A DNA stretch of 63,594 bases, counting the filler, from Ministeria vibrans ATCC 50519 (Eukaryota > Protista > Filasterea), in the NCBI GenBank assembly GCA_943704425.1. It is 8 parts of 8 records of this genome, joined end to end, with 100 filler letters (N's around TTAATTAATTAA, not from the genome) between each part and the next. Parts side by side here need not be neighbours in the genome. Positions count along the whole stretch, not along the records: positions 34,744 to 45,972 come from CALSCP010001577.1; positions 46,073 to 57,629 come from CALSCP010002807.1; 6 more parts are not named here. One strand, written 5' to 3'. The notes beneath the pieces were generated by a model. The model was given only the letters and a program-made list of their open reading frames with translations, made no database searches and was not told where the DNA came from. The translations under genes were made by a program, and so were the position numbers. Shown piece by piece: positions 37,901 to 49,143 of this stretch. How positions within the stretch are numbered: position 1 is the first letter of the stretch; the number at the start of each line of letters is the position of its first letter.

Positions 37901-40900
37901 TCTCGTCCGATTCATCCTCCTCCTCGTCGTCATCGACGTCGTTGCACTCCTCCTCTTCTTCCCCCTCGTCCTCGACGAATGCCGCCTCGGCTAACGGCTC
38001 GTCGTCGTACTCCTCAGCGTCCACGACAGCGCCCTCTCCTCGTATCCGCAGTCGTATTGCCCAGCTCACCGAGTTGCAGCATGTGCACACAGCTCTGTTG
38101 CGTCTGCGCGACTTTATCAACATGAACCAACACTATTTCGCGCACGGACCCATGCATGGCGTCGACTTGGCTCCTCGTCTTCACGTCAATCCACGCTACG
38201 TCGAACAACAACGGTTGCGCTGGAAAAAGACGGACGAAGCTCTGCGTATGGAACGCCGCTCGCTCGCGGCCATTGCCGCGCTCCTCGAACGATGCGCTGA
38301 AACTATGAGTGTGTGGCGAATGCTCTTCCGTGCGCCCTTTGCTCGTGTTGCCACGCGCATGAGCGACTCTCTTATTTCCTCGCTGTGCAAACTTTCCTTC
38401 CGCGATCTTTGCGTCTCGTCACAGGGCCGCAGTGTGACGCGCCAGCTCATTAGTGCGCTCATGCAGGCGTGCACCGCCGACGGCGTGGGCGTCGATGCCA
38501 TCTCGGCCGAACTTCGTGAGCAATGCCCCGGTCTGTTCAGTATCGAGGACACGACACTGTACCGTGCACACGAGCTGTTGATGATTGGTATTAGTGCACG
38601 ACCCGCAAGTCAGGGTATCTCTTACCTTCGCCAGGCGACCAAGCTGTTTTGTACCGTGTCGCAACGGTGCGATCTCGGTCGTGTCTGTGGTCAGATGTTG
38701 CGCGCCCGACACTACGACGGCATTGTTGATCTGGTGTTGACGTACGCTCGCGAGGTGGACCCACAAGAGTTTGCATACGCCCTTATGGAGAATCGTTCGC
38801 TCGAGGGCTCCTCCTCCTCCTCCAATGGCGGTGGTGCTGGCGTTGGGGGCAGCACTGGTCACCATGGTGATCTCACTGGTGCGTCTCGGTCGTTCGGGTC
38901 TGGCTCTGCGCCCGTGTCCGCGTCGCATCAGAGTGTTCGTGATGCTTTTGTGCGTCGCATGGAAGCCTATGTGTGTCTTACCACAGCCTTTGACGACGTC
39001 TTCCAGTTGACGGGCTTCCGCCAGCTGTACCAGCAGAGCAAGCTGATGGACGGCGCCACTCTCGACGAGCTCGCCCAACGCGACACACTCGAGGAAGACG
39101 CCCGCACACACTTGCAGACGGCTATGCTGCAGCGCGCTCTCGCCAACAACGACATGCTTTGGCACAATACCCTTTACCGTTGGTTCTGCGAACGTGGAAT
39201 GGCTCAGAAGGTGACACACACACACAAAAAAAAAAAACAAAAGGAAGCAAGTTTTTTTTTGTCCTAACAGTTTATTTCCTTTTTTTTTTTTGAACTCCCT
39301 TAAGTTGCTCGACCTGAGCACACCCTACATCGAGACGTTCCTGTCGACGCACGCAGGCATTGAAGAGAACCTCAAGTGGCAGTACCACGTCCGCCACGAG
39401 AACTTCCACAAGGCGGCCATTCTTCTGATGCAAATGGCGGAGCGCAAAACGTACACAACAAAACAAGAGATAACGCGGCGATTTAGGTTTGTGTTTTTTT
39501 TTCTTCTTTTTTGGCTTGTGAGTAGTGATGGTTTGCCCTTGTCGAGTCGCATTGAGTCTCTCTCACGTGCCATTTCCAATGCCAAAAGGTATACGGAAAG
39601 AGAGTGTGAGGAAAGTAGAACGTTTGCTGATTGATTTATTTTTTTGTGCAATACAATGGTGGTTAGTTGTGCGCCTCGTGCCCTTGGGGGAGCGAGTGGT
39701 GAGCTACTACATGATCTTGAGCAGAAGATGGAAGTGGCAAAGCTGCAACGAATGGTGTTTGAAGAGCTGTCGCGCAAAGAGTCAAATAGCACGCATGGAA
39801 GTGACGAGCAGGTGGCAATGGCGACGGCTCTGCGCGAGCTGTCGTTTGAGCTGACGGGCGTCACTCCCATGTACCAGATTGCCCAACGGTTCGCCTTGGC
39901 TGAGAGTGCACTCGCCATCTTGCACTGCAGCGGACACAACGACAAGGCACTTGTGCTTCAGTACTGGCGTGATCTCTTTGCCCAAGGTAAGACCATGCCG
40001 ACTCTATAGAGTACGTTTCTTGTATTGACACCTATTTAATTGTGTGCGTGTGTGGTGTATAGTGCGTGCACATACGTCTACCTCGCCCGAGGCGGTTGCA
40101 CAGGGTCTGGGAGGCAAGCTAACTGACTTGGGTCGCCAATTTTACCCGTCAAAGACCATTTTCCCCGTCGGTCAGGAGTCGTTTTAAAACGAATTCTCTC
40201 AATTCTGATACTCGTTTTTTGTGTGTAGATGACCTCTGTGTTGAATTGGAGCATCGCAATCTGGAGTTATTTCAGCATCTAGAGGCTGCTAGAGCGGACT
40301 GGGTACATTGATTGAGGGGACATTTACCTGTTGTCTGATTGCCCTTGTGTCTCCCTGCCTTCCTCTATGTAGGTTGTGCGGGCAATGCGCGCTGTGGGAG
40401 TGCCTATGCGTGACATCTTCAACGTGTATCACGACACTCTTTATCATTCACGCGTAAGGGATTGAGATGATTCAGACAGCATGAATTATGTGACATTTTG
40501 TATTAATTTTGAATGATTGTGTAGGAGCGAGTGTGGCAGCAGGAAGGACCGCGACTGCATGTGCTGAACGTGCTGGTGCACATTATGACCCAGTGGTTGG
40601 CCGACACTCGTGCAGTCAACACACCCGTCTACGAAAGGTACGAACGAAGGTCATTGACAAAAAGAGTGGAGCGAGAGGGCGTGTGAGGGAGAAAGAATCA
40701 GTGATGAAAAAAGGAGGGAGAAAGAAACAAGGTGATGGGGGGAGAAGAAGAGATAAAGAGAGAGCGAGAAAATGTGGGGAACAAGATTCGAATGTGAAGT
40801 GTGTGACACGTGTGATGAATGTGCAGGAACGAGTGCCGCACCTTGGTCGACACGGCTGGCTCACAGTACGTGACGGACCTGCAGAGTCGCGAGGGGGATC

Positions 40901-40953
40901 GCGTGCGCTCTCTTATGGCTCAGCTCAAGACACTGCTCGAGAGTGTCCGTTAA
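34987..40953 (+). CDS. NUP155: Nucleoporin Nup155 (Nup157/170 family), multi-exon
   Basis: N-terminal A..L......D..[37 protein letters not shown]..YQ...GWF..R..KINHS, YSGAHDGL, LL.L.TPYIE.FL, and L.SRIE.LSRA. Confidence 0.93.
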
Positions 40954-41236
40954 TCCCTCCCACAATACAAACCAGTTGTTTCTCTCGTTTTTATGAATAA
41001 ATTTATTATTAGTATTATTCGTCTTACAGTTTTGTTTGTGTTACAACCGCCTATGAAAAATTATACTCACCACACAACCTGCCACAATTCAATTCATCTC
41101 ATACCTTCCTATTGTACTCCTGAGCAAACCCAGCTCTAGAAGAAAACCGGAAGTTCGCGACGAAGCAGTATCAGTCACTCCTGCTGCTCCACAAGACGCG
41201 CACTGTGATATGTGTGTGTGTGTGGGTGTCTTTGTG

Positions 41237-41268
<32 letters not shown>

Positions 41269-41379
41269 ATATACATGTACACGCGCGTGTGTACAACTTA
41301 TTGATATATTGTAGGTGTCTGGCCGGTTGTGAGCCTGGCTGTCTCTGCAGTGCACATTTTCTAATTATCATTGATGGGT

Positions 41380-41483
41380 TCTATTCAAAATCCATCAATT
41401 TTTCAGCCCATCTATTCAAAATCCCCTATATAGCTATATCTATTCAAAATCCATCCCCCACCTATTGATTCTATTCAAAATCC
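41380..41483. repeat. Four direct copies of TCTATTCAAAATCC (14 bp) at 41380, 41411, 41439 and 41470
   Basis: Exact 14-mer with 31/28/31-bp periodicity. Confidence 0.9.
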
Positions 41484-41656
41484 CCCATCGATTCACTTTT
41501 TTAACCTTCAACTCAAACGTAAGTACGACTTCTTTGTCTTGTGGTGCAGGGTCTGTGTCACTTGTTGTGTTCGCTTGTCACTGGCTTACTCTCTGTGTCG
41601 GGATAACCTCGGACTTCAGCCTGGTCGTATGGCAAGTCCGTGGCGAACCCCTCCAG

Positions 41657-42110
41657 CTTGCCGGCGCAAGCATCCGCCCGCTGCGGCGTGTCAATGGCGT
41701 GTGATCAGCGTGTGATACTAGCAGTGTGAATGGCGGGATGGCGGAGAGAGAGATTTCTTTTTGCGCGAAGGGCGTCGTAGCTAAAAATCCGCTAAAAAAT
41801 GTTCATTTTTTATGACCCCGAATTTTCTTGCCGGCGCAGGCCCCCGCCCTCTGTGGCGCGATTGATAGTGTATGGTTAGCGTGTGATATTTGTGGTGCAA
41901 ATGGCGGGATGGCGGAGGGCGAGTATTTGGCGCAATGGCGTAAAATTAAAAAATTGCTCTGATTGGACGGATTAGTCGAATTGTTTTATCTTTGTGGAAT
42001 ATATTATTGCACGAAATTTCTTGCCGGCGCGCGCAGGCGCCCTCTGTGGTGCGTTTGATAGTATATGGTTAGCGTGTGATACTAGTGGTGCAAATGGCGG
42101 GAGAGCGGGG
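41657..42110. repeat. Three imperfect ~90-bp direct repeats (CTTGCCGGCGC...AGCGTGTGATA...AATGGCGGGA) starting at 41657, 41827 and 42020
   Basis: The conserved blocks can be read directly in all three copies; the spacers between them are AT-rich and differ. Confidence 0.85.
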
Positions 42111-42140
42111 GAGATAGAGCTACGCGCAGCGTTATCGCAT

Positions 42141-42782
42141 CTATTCTCGCATAATTGTTAACAAAAAGTTCTGCTCTTCTGACTGAAGAATGTCTGAATT
42201 CTTTCCGACGATTTTGTTTGAACTCGGCTGCGTATTGTGCTTCAAATACTCACGAATAAATCGTGCAGCCTGAAAGATACTCGCCAAACTCACGCAAAAC
42301 TACTTTCTCATCCTCTCATCCCAGACTAAGCAAGCAAATATGTCGTGCCAGTTCCCCTGTTGCAAAACCGGAAACGGAGTCTTTTGGTCAAAGAACTCGT
42401 CGTACTCCTACGGAGTATGCACACCGACGCAGCTGCGCCTTTGGACGAACTCTTCTGTGTCAGCGACGTGTGTGAGCGCCAACAACGTCCTTGTGAAGCT
42501 AAATGACACAGCACTGAAGCGGGTTTCCGAAGCCTTTGACGGGAGCCCCTTGAAAGTGACATTTAGCACTACCGTTGACTGCTGCGGTTGTTGCGGTTGT
42601 TGTTGCGACTGCTGTTCCGATTGCAGTTTGCGACGTGAGCAATTTTCCGCATTCGACGAAATTTGGTTCGTCAACAAGTCGCAGAAGTCGTGCTTTGAGG
42701 GTGTTCTTGCGTGCTGCATCAACAGTTTTTGTGTGTGTGCTGCCGTTTTTGTCAACGAATACTGCGTCAAATCAATTTCCAT
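42141..42782 (-). pseudogene. Decayed hAT-superfamily transposase fragment
   Basis: A single frame interrupted by TAG at 42408 and 42300 contains SLTKTAAHTQKLLMQH (cf. the hAT CxxH motif WTPCAAHxLxLL) and PSKASETRFSAV...TLLAL (cf. the hAT P.xTR[W/F] motif). It is adjacent to repeat arrays. Confidence 0.5.
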
Positions 42783-44127
42783 TCATCCCAGCTGGGTGAG
42801 CCCGGTCTCCGTCGGCGAACCAATGGATCATATTGCGTCTCAGCCCAGCACACAGTAGTGGAGTACTGAAAATAAAGATGGAAGCAATTTTGTAGTCAAA
42901 GTTCTTTGAGCTAGCTATAGTCACTCAAGAGTCAAGACTCAAGAGCTAACTATATTTGTGGTCATTCCAATACATGCTGCACGCTGATGAGAAGGATGCG
43001 AGAAACCTCTGCCTCCCCCCCCCCNNNNNNNNNNCCCCCCCCCCTCAAGTCAGGCAGAAGGTGCCGTGCAGCCAGATGACCATGCGATTCGTTGACCGAG
43101 GAAAGTGTTCAGGCGCGTTGCTTGCGACTGTAAAGTGCGGTGAAAAGAGTTAAGACGATCGGAGAAAAAAGAAAGACACACAGCCCAGTCAGCCCTTAAA
43201 CTTTCTTTCTTTTTCATCACCTGTCTCGGTTACACACAGTAAGCTCAAAGCATACACTTCGTTATTCAGGCTATCTGTCTGACTCGCTCGGGTAGTCCGA
43301 AAGATTTTCTTCGCTTGAAATTAGTGAAAACCGTCTGAAAATTGTGTAGCTCCCTCCACCTGGAACTCCACTGTCGCATGGGCGCTCGAGAGCTCGTTTA
43401 TGATATTTGTGAAATTGCGGGTGTGTGCATCTTTGGCTTGATATATTTGGCAATGGCGGTCGTCAGTTGCCTGACTGCCGCTGGGAATGGGGTTTATTCT
43501 TCGTTTATTTTTCGCTTATTCTTACACAAGAGCGTTCCGAGAGCGCAACTTTCATCAAAACACGTGCCCGCATTCCCGAGAATCAACGCAAACAATTTCT
43601 CCATCTCCCGCGAGTTGTTGGTGGCAGGTGAATGCGAAAATAGCGTCTTGCTTGGCGGAGGCGGCGTCGTGCGTCGTTTTTGCCCTCTTTTTCGTATCTC
43701 TCAGTTGTCTTCCAGTTGTCTTTTTATCCCAATGGAGGCCTCTATATCGCCGTGCTCTGGCCAAAGTGGCCATACGTTAATAACGTTATATCTTTATGAG
43801 CGGTGCCTGGCTGGGTATTACTTTGAAATTACTTTCTAAATAATAATAATTATTATTATAGAAAAAAAAAGACTACACCCGCTATAACTCATCACTAATA
43901 AATGTGTTCTTCTTCTTCTTCTAATAAATTTATTTATTGTTTGTTTGTTTTCATCTCGATTCTTGGAATCTTGTTCCCTTGGAAGATGTTTTCTCTCGCT
44001 TGCGTCCTTGGTTCACTTGTTTTGTATACGTAGAACGCGGAACTACTCCCCCAAGCAAGCACAAGGACAGAACTTCGACGGAACAAGGACGACGGTTAAA
44101 CGTTCGCGACTGAAATTTCACTGAAAT

Positions 44128-45426
44128 ATGTTTCAACCAATTGGTATCCCACGCTGGCTCGACACCCTTGTGGCTCTCATTGTTTTTCTATTGAATATCA
44201 CCGCAAGTGTTTTCGGTCTCGTGGTACTCGTCATCACTTCGATCGATTTTCTATCTGAAAAGTACTTTCAGTCCGCTGTTCTTGCGCACGCTTTCCCTGC
44301 TGCCTACATCCAAAGTAAGTTTTTATCTCATAACCATTGTAATAATACTAACTCTCTTTTCTTTCCTTCAGCGACCGGTCAGTCGGTAGCACAACTAAAT
44401 ACTCAACTTGAATCGGGGAGTTTAGTCTTGCCCATTGTCGCGTACTGGAGCTTCTCGCCAGCAACATACACCGACAGCTCCATCATCGGCTTCAACCCGG
44501 CCATCGCCTCAACGGATGTAACTGGCTCTGTTGTGTGCAACGAATTTAGGATGGCCGCTCTCAAAATTGTCAACGCGACCGAGAACGCACTTCTTGTGAG
44601 TCGATTCGAATTCGTTTCGGAGCCCCTTGCAAACCATGGATGGCTTGCAGCTGCCTTTGCCTCTATGGGGGTAATGCTTGTGGCGCTTGTAATTTATCTC
44701 GTATTCAAGTTCAAGAACGGATTGGATACTCCGCTTGCGGACGTTTTGTTTGCAACGTCGGCACTCATTTTCGACGGCTTCTCATTTCCTTTCTCTGTCA
44801 TCACGTATGATGACAATTGCATATTCAACAAGTTTGGCTTTTTACCAAACGAATTTTCTGGATCTTGGACTCTCGAGTCCTCAAAGAGTCTCGCTGCGTT
44901 TACTTGGCTCTGGCTCGCTTCGGGCATCATTTACATATTTGCAACGCTCGCGTTTCTTGTCCACGCTGTCGTTCATTGGGGCGACTTTTTTAACTTTGGA
45001 GATGAACAAGAAGCCAATTGCGCATTTCTGATGGATAGTCTGAAAGGCGACGATTCGTCAGCAAGTACCGAATCGGTGTTCAAGCGCTTATTTCAACGCT
45101 TCAAAACAACACTTTTGGCACCCCTTGGCATGGCGTACGTTATTGGCAGTATAACAACGTCACAAACAGACTGTCTGTGCTGTCACGGTTTTAGAGAGAA
45201 CGAACAGTGCAAACGCGGGTTTTGGAAAAAAGTGTTTTTTGTGCTTACCTTCTCGGCCACGTTGTTCGCCTCAAGCGTGGGCATTCTCTCCCTTGTTCTT
45301 GACGTGTACTGGATTGTCTTTGTCTTTCGCTTCTCGCAGACCATCCTGTCTGTAATTGCCATTGGAATCGAGTTGATTATGTCCTTTTTTGTAGCGAAGA
45401 GTCCAAAGGAAGCGAGAAATCCCTAA
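44128..45426 (+). CDS. Orphan multi-pass (about 7 TM) membrane protein; probable 57-nt in-frame intron at 44315-44371
   Basis: 432-codon ORF with about 7 hydrophobic segments and a large loop after TM1. The probable intron has a GTAAGT donor, a TACTAAC branch point and a pyrimidine tract ending in CAG. Confidence 0.65.
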   Translation: MFQPIGIPRWLDTLVALIVFLLNITASVFGLVVLVITSIDFLSEKYFQSAVLAHAFPAAYIQSKFLSHNHCNNTNSLFFPSATGQSVAQLNTQLESGSLVLPIVAYWSFSPATYTDSSIIGFNPAIASTDVTGSVVCNEFRMAALKIVNATENALLVSRFEFVSEPLANHGWLAAAFASMGVMLVALVIYLVFKFKNGLDTPLADVLFATSALIFDGFSFPFSVITYDDNCIFNKFGFLPNEFSGSWTLESSKSLAAFTWLWLASGIIYIFATLAFLVHAVVHWGDFFNFGDEQEANCAFLMDSLKGDDSSASTESVFKRLFQRFKTTLLAPLGMAYVIGSITTSQTDCLCCHGFRENEQCKRGFWKKVFFVLTFSATLFASSVGILSLVLDVYWIVFVFRFSQTILSVIAIGIELIMSFFVAKSPKEARNP

Positions 45427-46072
45427 AAGAAAAATAATAAAAATAATAATAATAATAATAATTATGAAGCAGACTGAGAAAAGAGATAATTATAAAGAAT
45501 TAAAGATCTGTGTGAAATCAAACTTTTTGAAATATCCCCCCGAGTTGTTTGAGGGCGTCGTAGTCGTTGTCGTTGTCTATAGCGCCTGGGCGAATTATTA
45601 GAAGAAGCGTTTTTTATTGATACAGTCATCCTCTGGCTGGGGACAGCTGGAGGACAGCTACCCTTATCCGCAATGTTCTATTCTTGTAACAGTCGCGCTT
45701 GTAGTACCAGCTTTCAATACCAAAGCTCTTGATTACCAGAATTATTATACCCACGCAAAACGTGCAGAGAACCGACGGGACTACTTTCAAGAAAACTTTG
45801 TGCTTCATGATTACTTAACTTGCTTTACCCCGCTGTCCACGAAGGCTCAACTTTCACTTTCCTCACACCGCGAACAAAAACCAAGAGGAAAGAAACTAAT
45901 GTGACTGAATACTCTTGTCTCGCAACGAAGGACAGGTGACGGCCAGCGCGGCATGTAAATTGGAGGGGGGGGNNNNNNNNNNNNNNNNNNNNNNNNNNNN
46001 NNNNNNNNNNNNNNNNTTAATTAATTAANNNNNNNNNNNNNNNNNNNNNNNNNNNNNNNNNNNNNNNNNNNN

Positions 46073-46103
<31 letters not shown>

Positions 46104-46420
46104 AAATCTTCTCTTGAGACTGATATGGCGAGCAGAGCGTCCACTCTGGCGTCTTCTACTTGGTCTTCTTCAAGTGGACTCCCCATTCCCAGCTTGCGCC
46201 TTGCGTTCTGTGGTCTTGCGACGTGTCACCGCAAAACCGACTTCGGTCACTCTCCTGATCGGCTCAGCGCCCTCGCTCCCCGCCCACACGCCCCACTCCT
46301 GGCGTGCACAGCCCCCTCCTGCCTACACCACGTTGGTCAAACGTCTCGCTGTCTCGGAAACACACACACACACTCTCTCTCTCTCACGTCTGATCGTATT
46401 GTTGTTCATCTCTTGTGTAG

Positions 46421-46843
46421 CTTGATATCAACCATGACAAGTCTGTCATCACTGTCGTCGGCATTGACGCCGGCTCAAAGACTCCTCGCGGCACACAAAT
46501 TCCAAAGCCACATGAGGCGGCACCACGGCGAATGACCTCCTCATCGGACAGACCCGACTCGTCCATGGAATCCGAACAGCTTTTCCGCGAGACCAAACGG
46601 AGCCATCGCGACGACGGTAACCAAAGAAAGCGCCCTCATATTTCACATAAAAACACGCTCTGATTCACGCTCACACATATACGTAGACGAAGATGAGCCC
46701 ATGTACCTGGACATTGACGAAATGAATGCCGGCGCCGGCAAGGAGCCCAGTCGCAACCGCCACAGCGGCATCTACGACAAAATGGGCAACGAAATCCCCG
46801 GTCCCATGCCTTTTGATCGTGACTACACAGGTAAATATATTAA

Positions 46844-46931
<88 letters not shown>

Positions 46932-48648
46932 TTAATAATAATAATAATTATTGTATTATATTACATGACTGTTTTGTTCATTTCTCGAAACTTTGACGAA
47001 ATAATGATAATCGTAAATAATTGATTATTAATAATACTTGTTATTATTACATTTTTCTTGTTTTGTGTTAGGGGAAGATGGGCCGAGTGCCAATGTGTCG
47101 CGCGCGACTACGCTTGAGAGCACGTCGACTGCAGCGGGTGCGGGAAAACTTCCTGTGTACAAATTGTTTGGGGCGACGGAAGACCAGTCGTCGGTCAACT
47201 CGATGTCGCTCAATATGATGGAGATGGAGGAAATGAACAACCGTCGCCCTGCTCAACGGCCGCTACAAGGCCAGACGAGCGTGATGTCGGGCGCTTCTTC
47301 GCAATTGACTGTCAACTCGCTGCGCAGTCAGAGTGGCGCATCACTCCTGTCACGTCCTATCGAGGACTGGAGCGACGACGGCGAGGGTGAGCTCGAGCAT
47401 CGGCCCTGGTTCATTGCCATTGTGACTGTCGTCCAGATCATCCTTATCATCATTATCTTCTTCAAGGGCTTCCAGCCCGTTGCCTTTTCTGAATCCGCCA
47501 CATCCGTCGCCTTCAACTTTGATGGTACCTCTTTCAATGCCACCTACGAGCGCGAGACCAACATTTGGATTGGGGCGCGCCAACGTGACCTCATTGCTCT
47601 TGGTGCCTACTTTACGCCGTGCATGGCAACCGATCCAGACATAGAGCTAAAAGTTGACGAGCAAAATGCTATTGCTGCAAATCAAACGTGCTGCTTGCGC
47701 CAGACAACGTCCCCGTCCGGCAACGGCACGGGCCTTGTCAGTCAGTGTGGCGTTCTCGACGTACCATCTTGTCTCGCTGCGCCCGGTGGAGTTGTCCTGT
47801 CGCAAAAAAGCGACTGTGGTACCACTGCCTGCGTTGACGTAGTCATGCGGCCATGTTGCTACGGTAACCTGGGCCAGTGCGAAGTGCTTACACAGAGTCG
47901 CTGTGTCACTTTGGAGGGTGTGTACCACGACCGTGCCGATGTCTTCTCGTGCGCCGACGTCGACTGTCTTTCGCAAACGTGTGCCCTCGGCCGCACACGC
48001 AGCAATCCCGTCTCGCAGTGGTGGCGCGTTTTTACCGCACCCTGGCTCCACGTCGGCATTATCCATCTTGTTGTCGTGGGCGTCTTGCAACTCTACTTTG
48101 GCTGGTTCGTCGAGGGCACCGGCGGTTTCTGGTTCACCATGGGCCTCTACCTTACGTCGTCCTTTGCCGCCTTCACCATTGCCGGTCTTTTTATGCCCTA
48201 CGCTGTCCTCGTTGGCGGTGGCCCGGCCGTCTTTGCTCTCGTGGGTGCGCGTCTTGTTCAGCTTTTTGCCGCTCAGGACCAGCGTCACTCCGTGTGCGAC
48301 GTGCTCCTCGTTCCGTTACTCCCACTTATTTTCATTGGACTCACTCTGCTCCCTTACGTCTACATGTTTGAGTGTCTCTTTGGCCTTGTCATTGGCATGT
48401 GCTTTGCCGTTGTGTTTCATCCTCACGTGGCCATGCGACGCGCCGATAGCCCCCTCTTTCGCTGCGTCACCTTGCTTGTCCTGCTTGTGTGGCTTGCCGC
48501 CATGGTCGGCCCTTACGTCGTCATGTACCTCAATGTGGTGATTCCGCGCGGCTGGTGCGGCTCAGTATGTGACTCTGTTGCCTGTGTCAATGTCATCGAT
48601 GCCGCCATGTGTTACTTTGTCGATGCCTCCACTCTCCCTTGGTTGTAA
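46421..48648 (+). CDS. RHBDF: Inactive rhomboid (iRhom, RHBDF-like); 5' end uncertain
   Basis: Exons 46421-46616, 46687-46830 and 47072-48648. Motifs HRPWF, N.WIG....LI.LGA.F.PCM, the Cys-rich iRhom homology domain (CC...RPCC.G..G.CE......C....G.YH...C..V.C....C), QWWR.F....LH.G..H. The catalytic Ser and His positions are replaced. Confidence 0.9.
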
Positions 48649-49143
48649 TGATTGTATTATTATATTCTTGGTATATTTTTCCCGTGTACCTCCGTAAAAA
48701 TATATATAAAACATTTTAATCATTCTTTTTCGCTTACAATCATTCAAAAGTACAAAAGAATCATAATAATAACGTCATTAATTTACTACTAATAATAATA
48801 ATAATTATTAATGTTATCATAATAATAATTAATATTATCATAATAATAACAATTAATATTATCATAATAATAAAATAATAATATTATTATTATTATAATT
48901 ATTTGACTCTTGATTTTCTATAATATTTTATTATTCTTACATTTTTGTTTTATTAATTGTGGCCGATTTTTTATGTTTTACGTCTTTTGAATTGAAAAAG
49001 TGGCGCAATATATCGTTCGTTAAAACTTCATTAATATAATTATTTTTATTGATTTCTTTTGTGAAAAACAATTGAGAAGTAAAAAAAATGTTTGTTTTTC
49101 GTTTGTTTTTTTCCGCACATGAATTAAGTACTGCTCAGGAGTT

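Noticed and set aside
41380-42110. Repeat-spacer pattern reminiscent of a CRISPR array
   Set aside because: The repeats are 14 bp or about 90 bp, imperfect and irregularly spaced. The context is eukaryotic with no cas genes, and a transposon subterminal origin fits better.
45500-45970. Short ORFs after the orphan membrane gene (45617-45904)
   Set aside because: No start context, splice support or recognisable motif; probably decayed or intergenic sequence.
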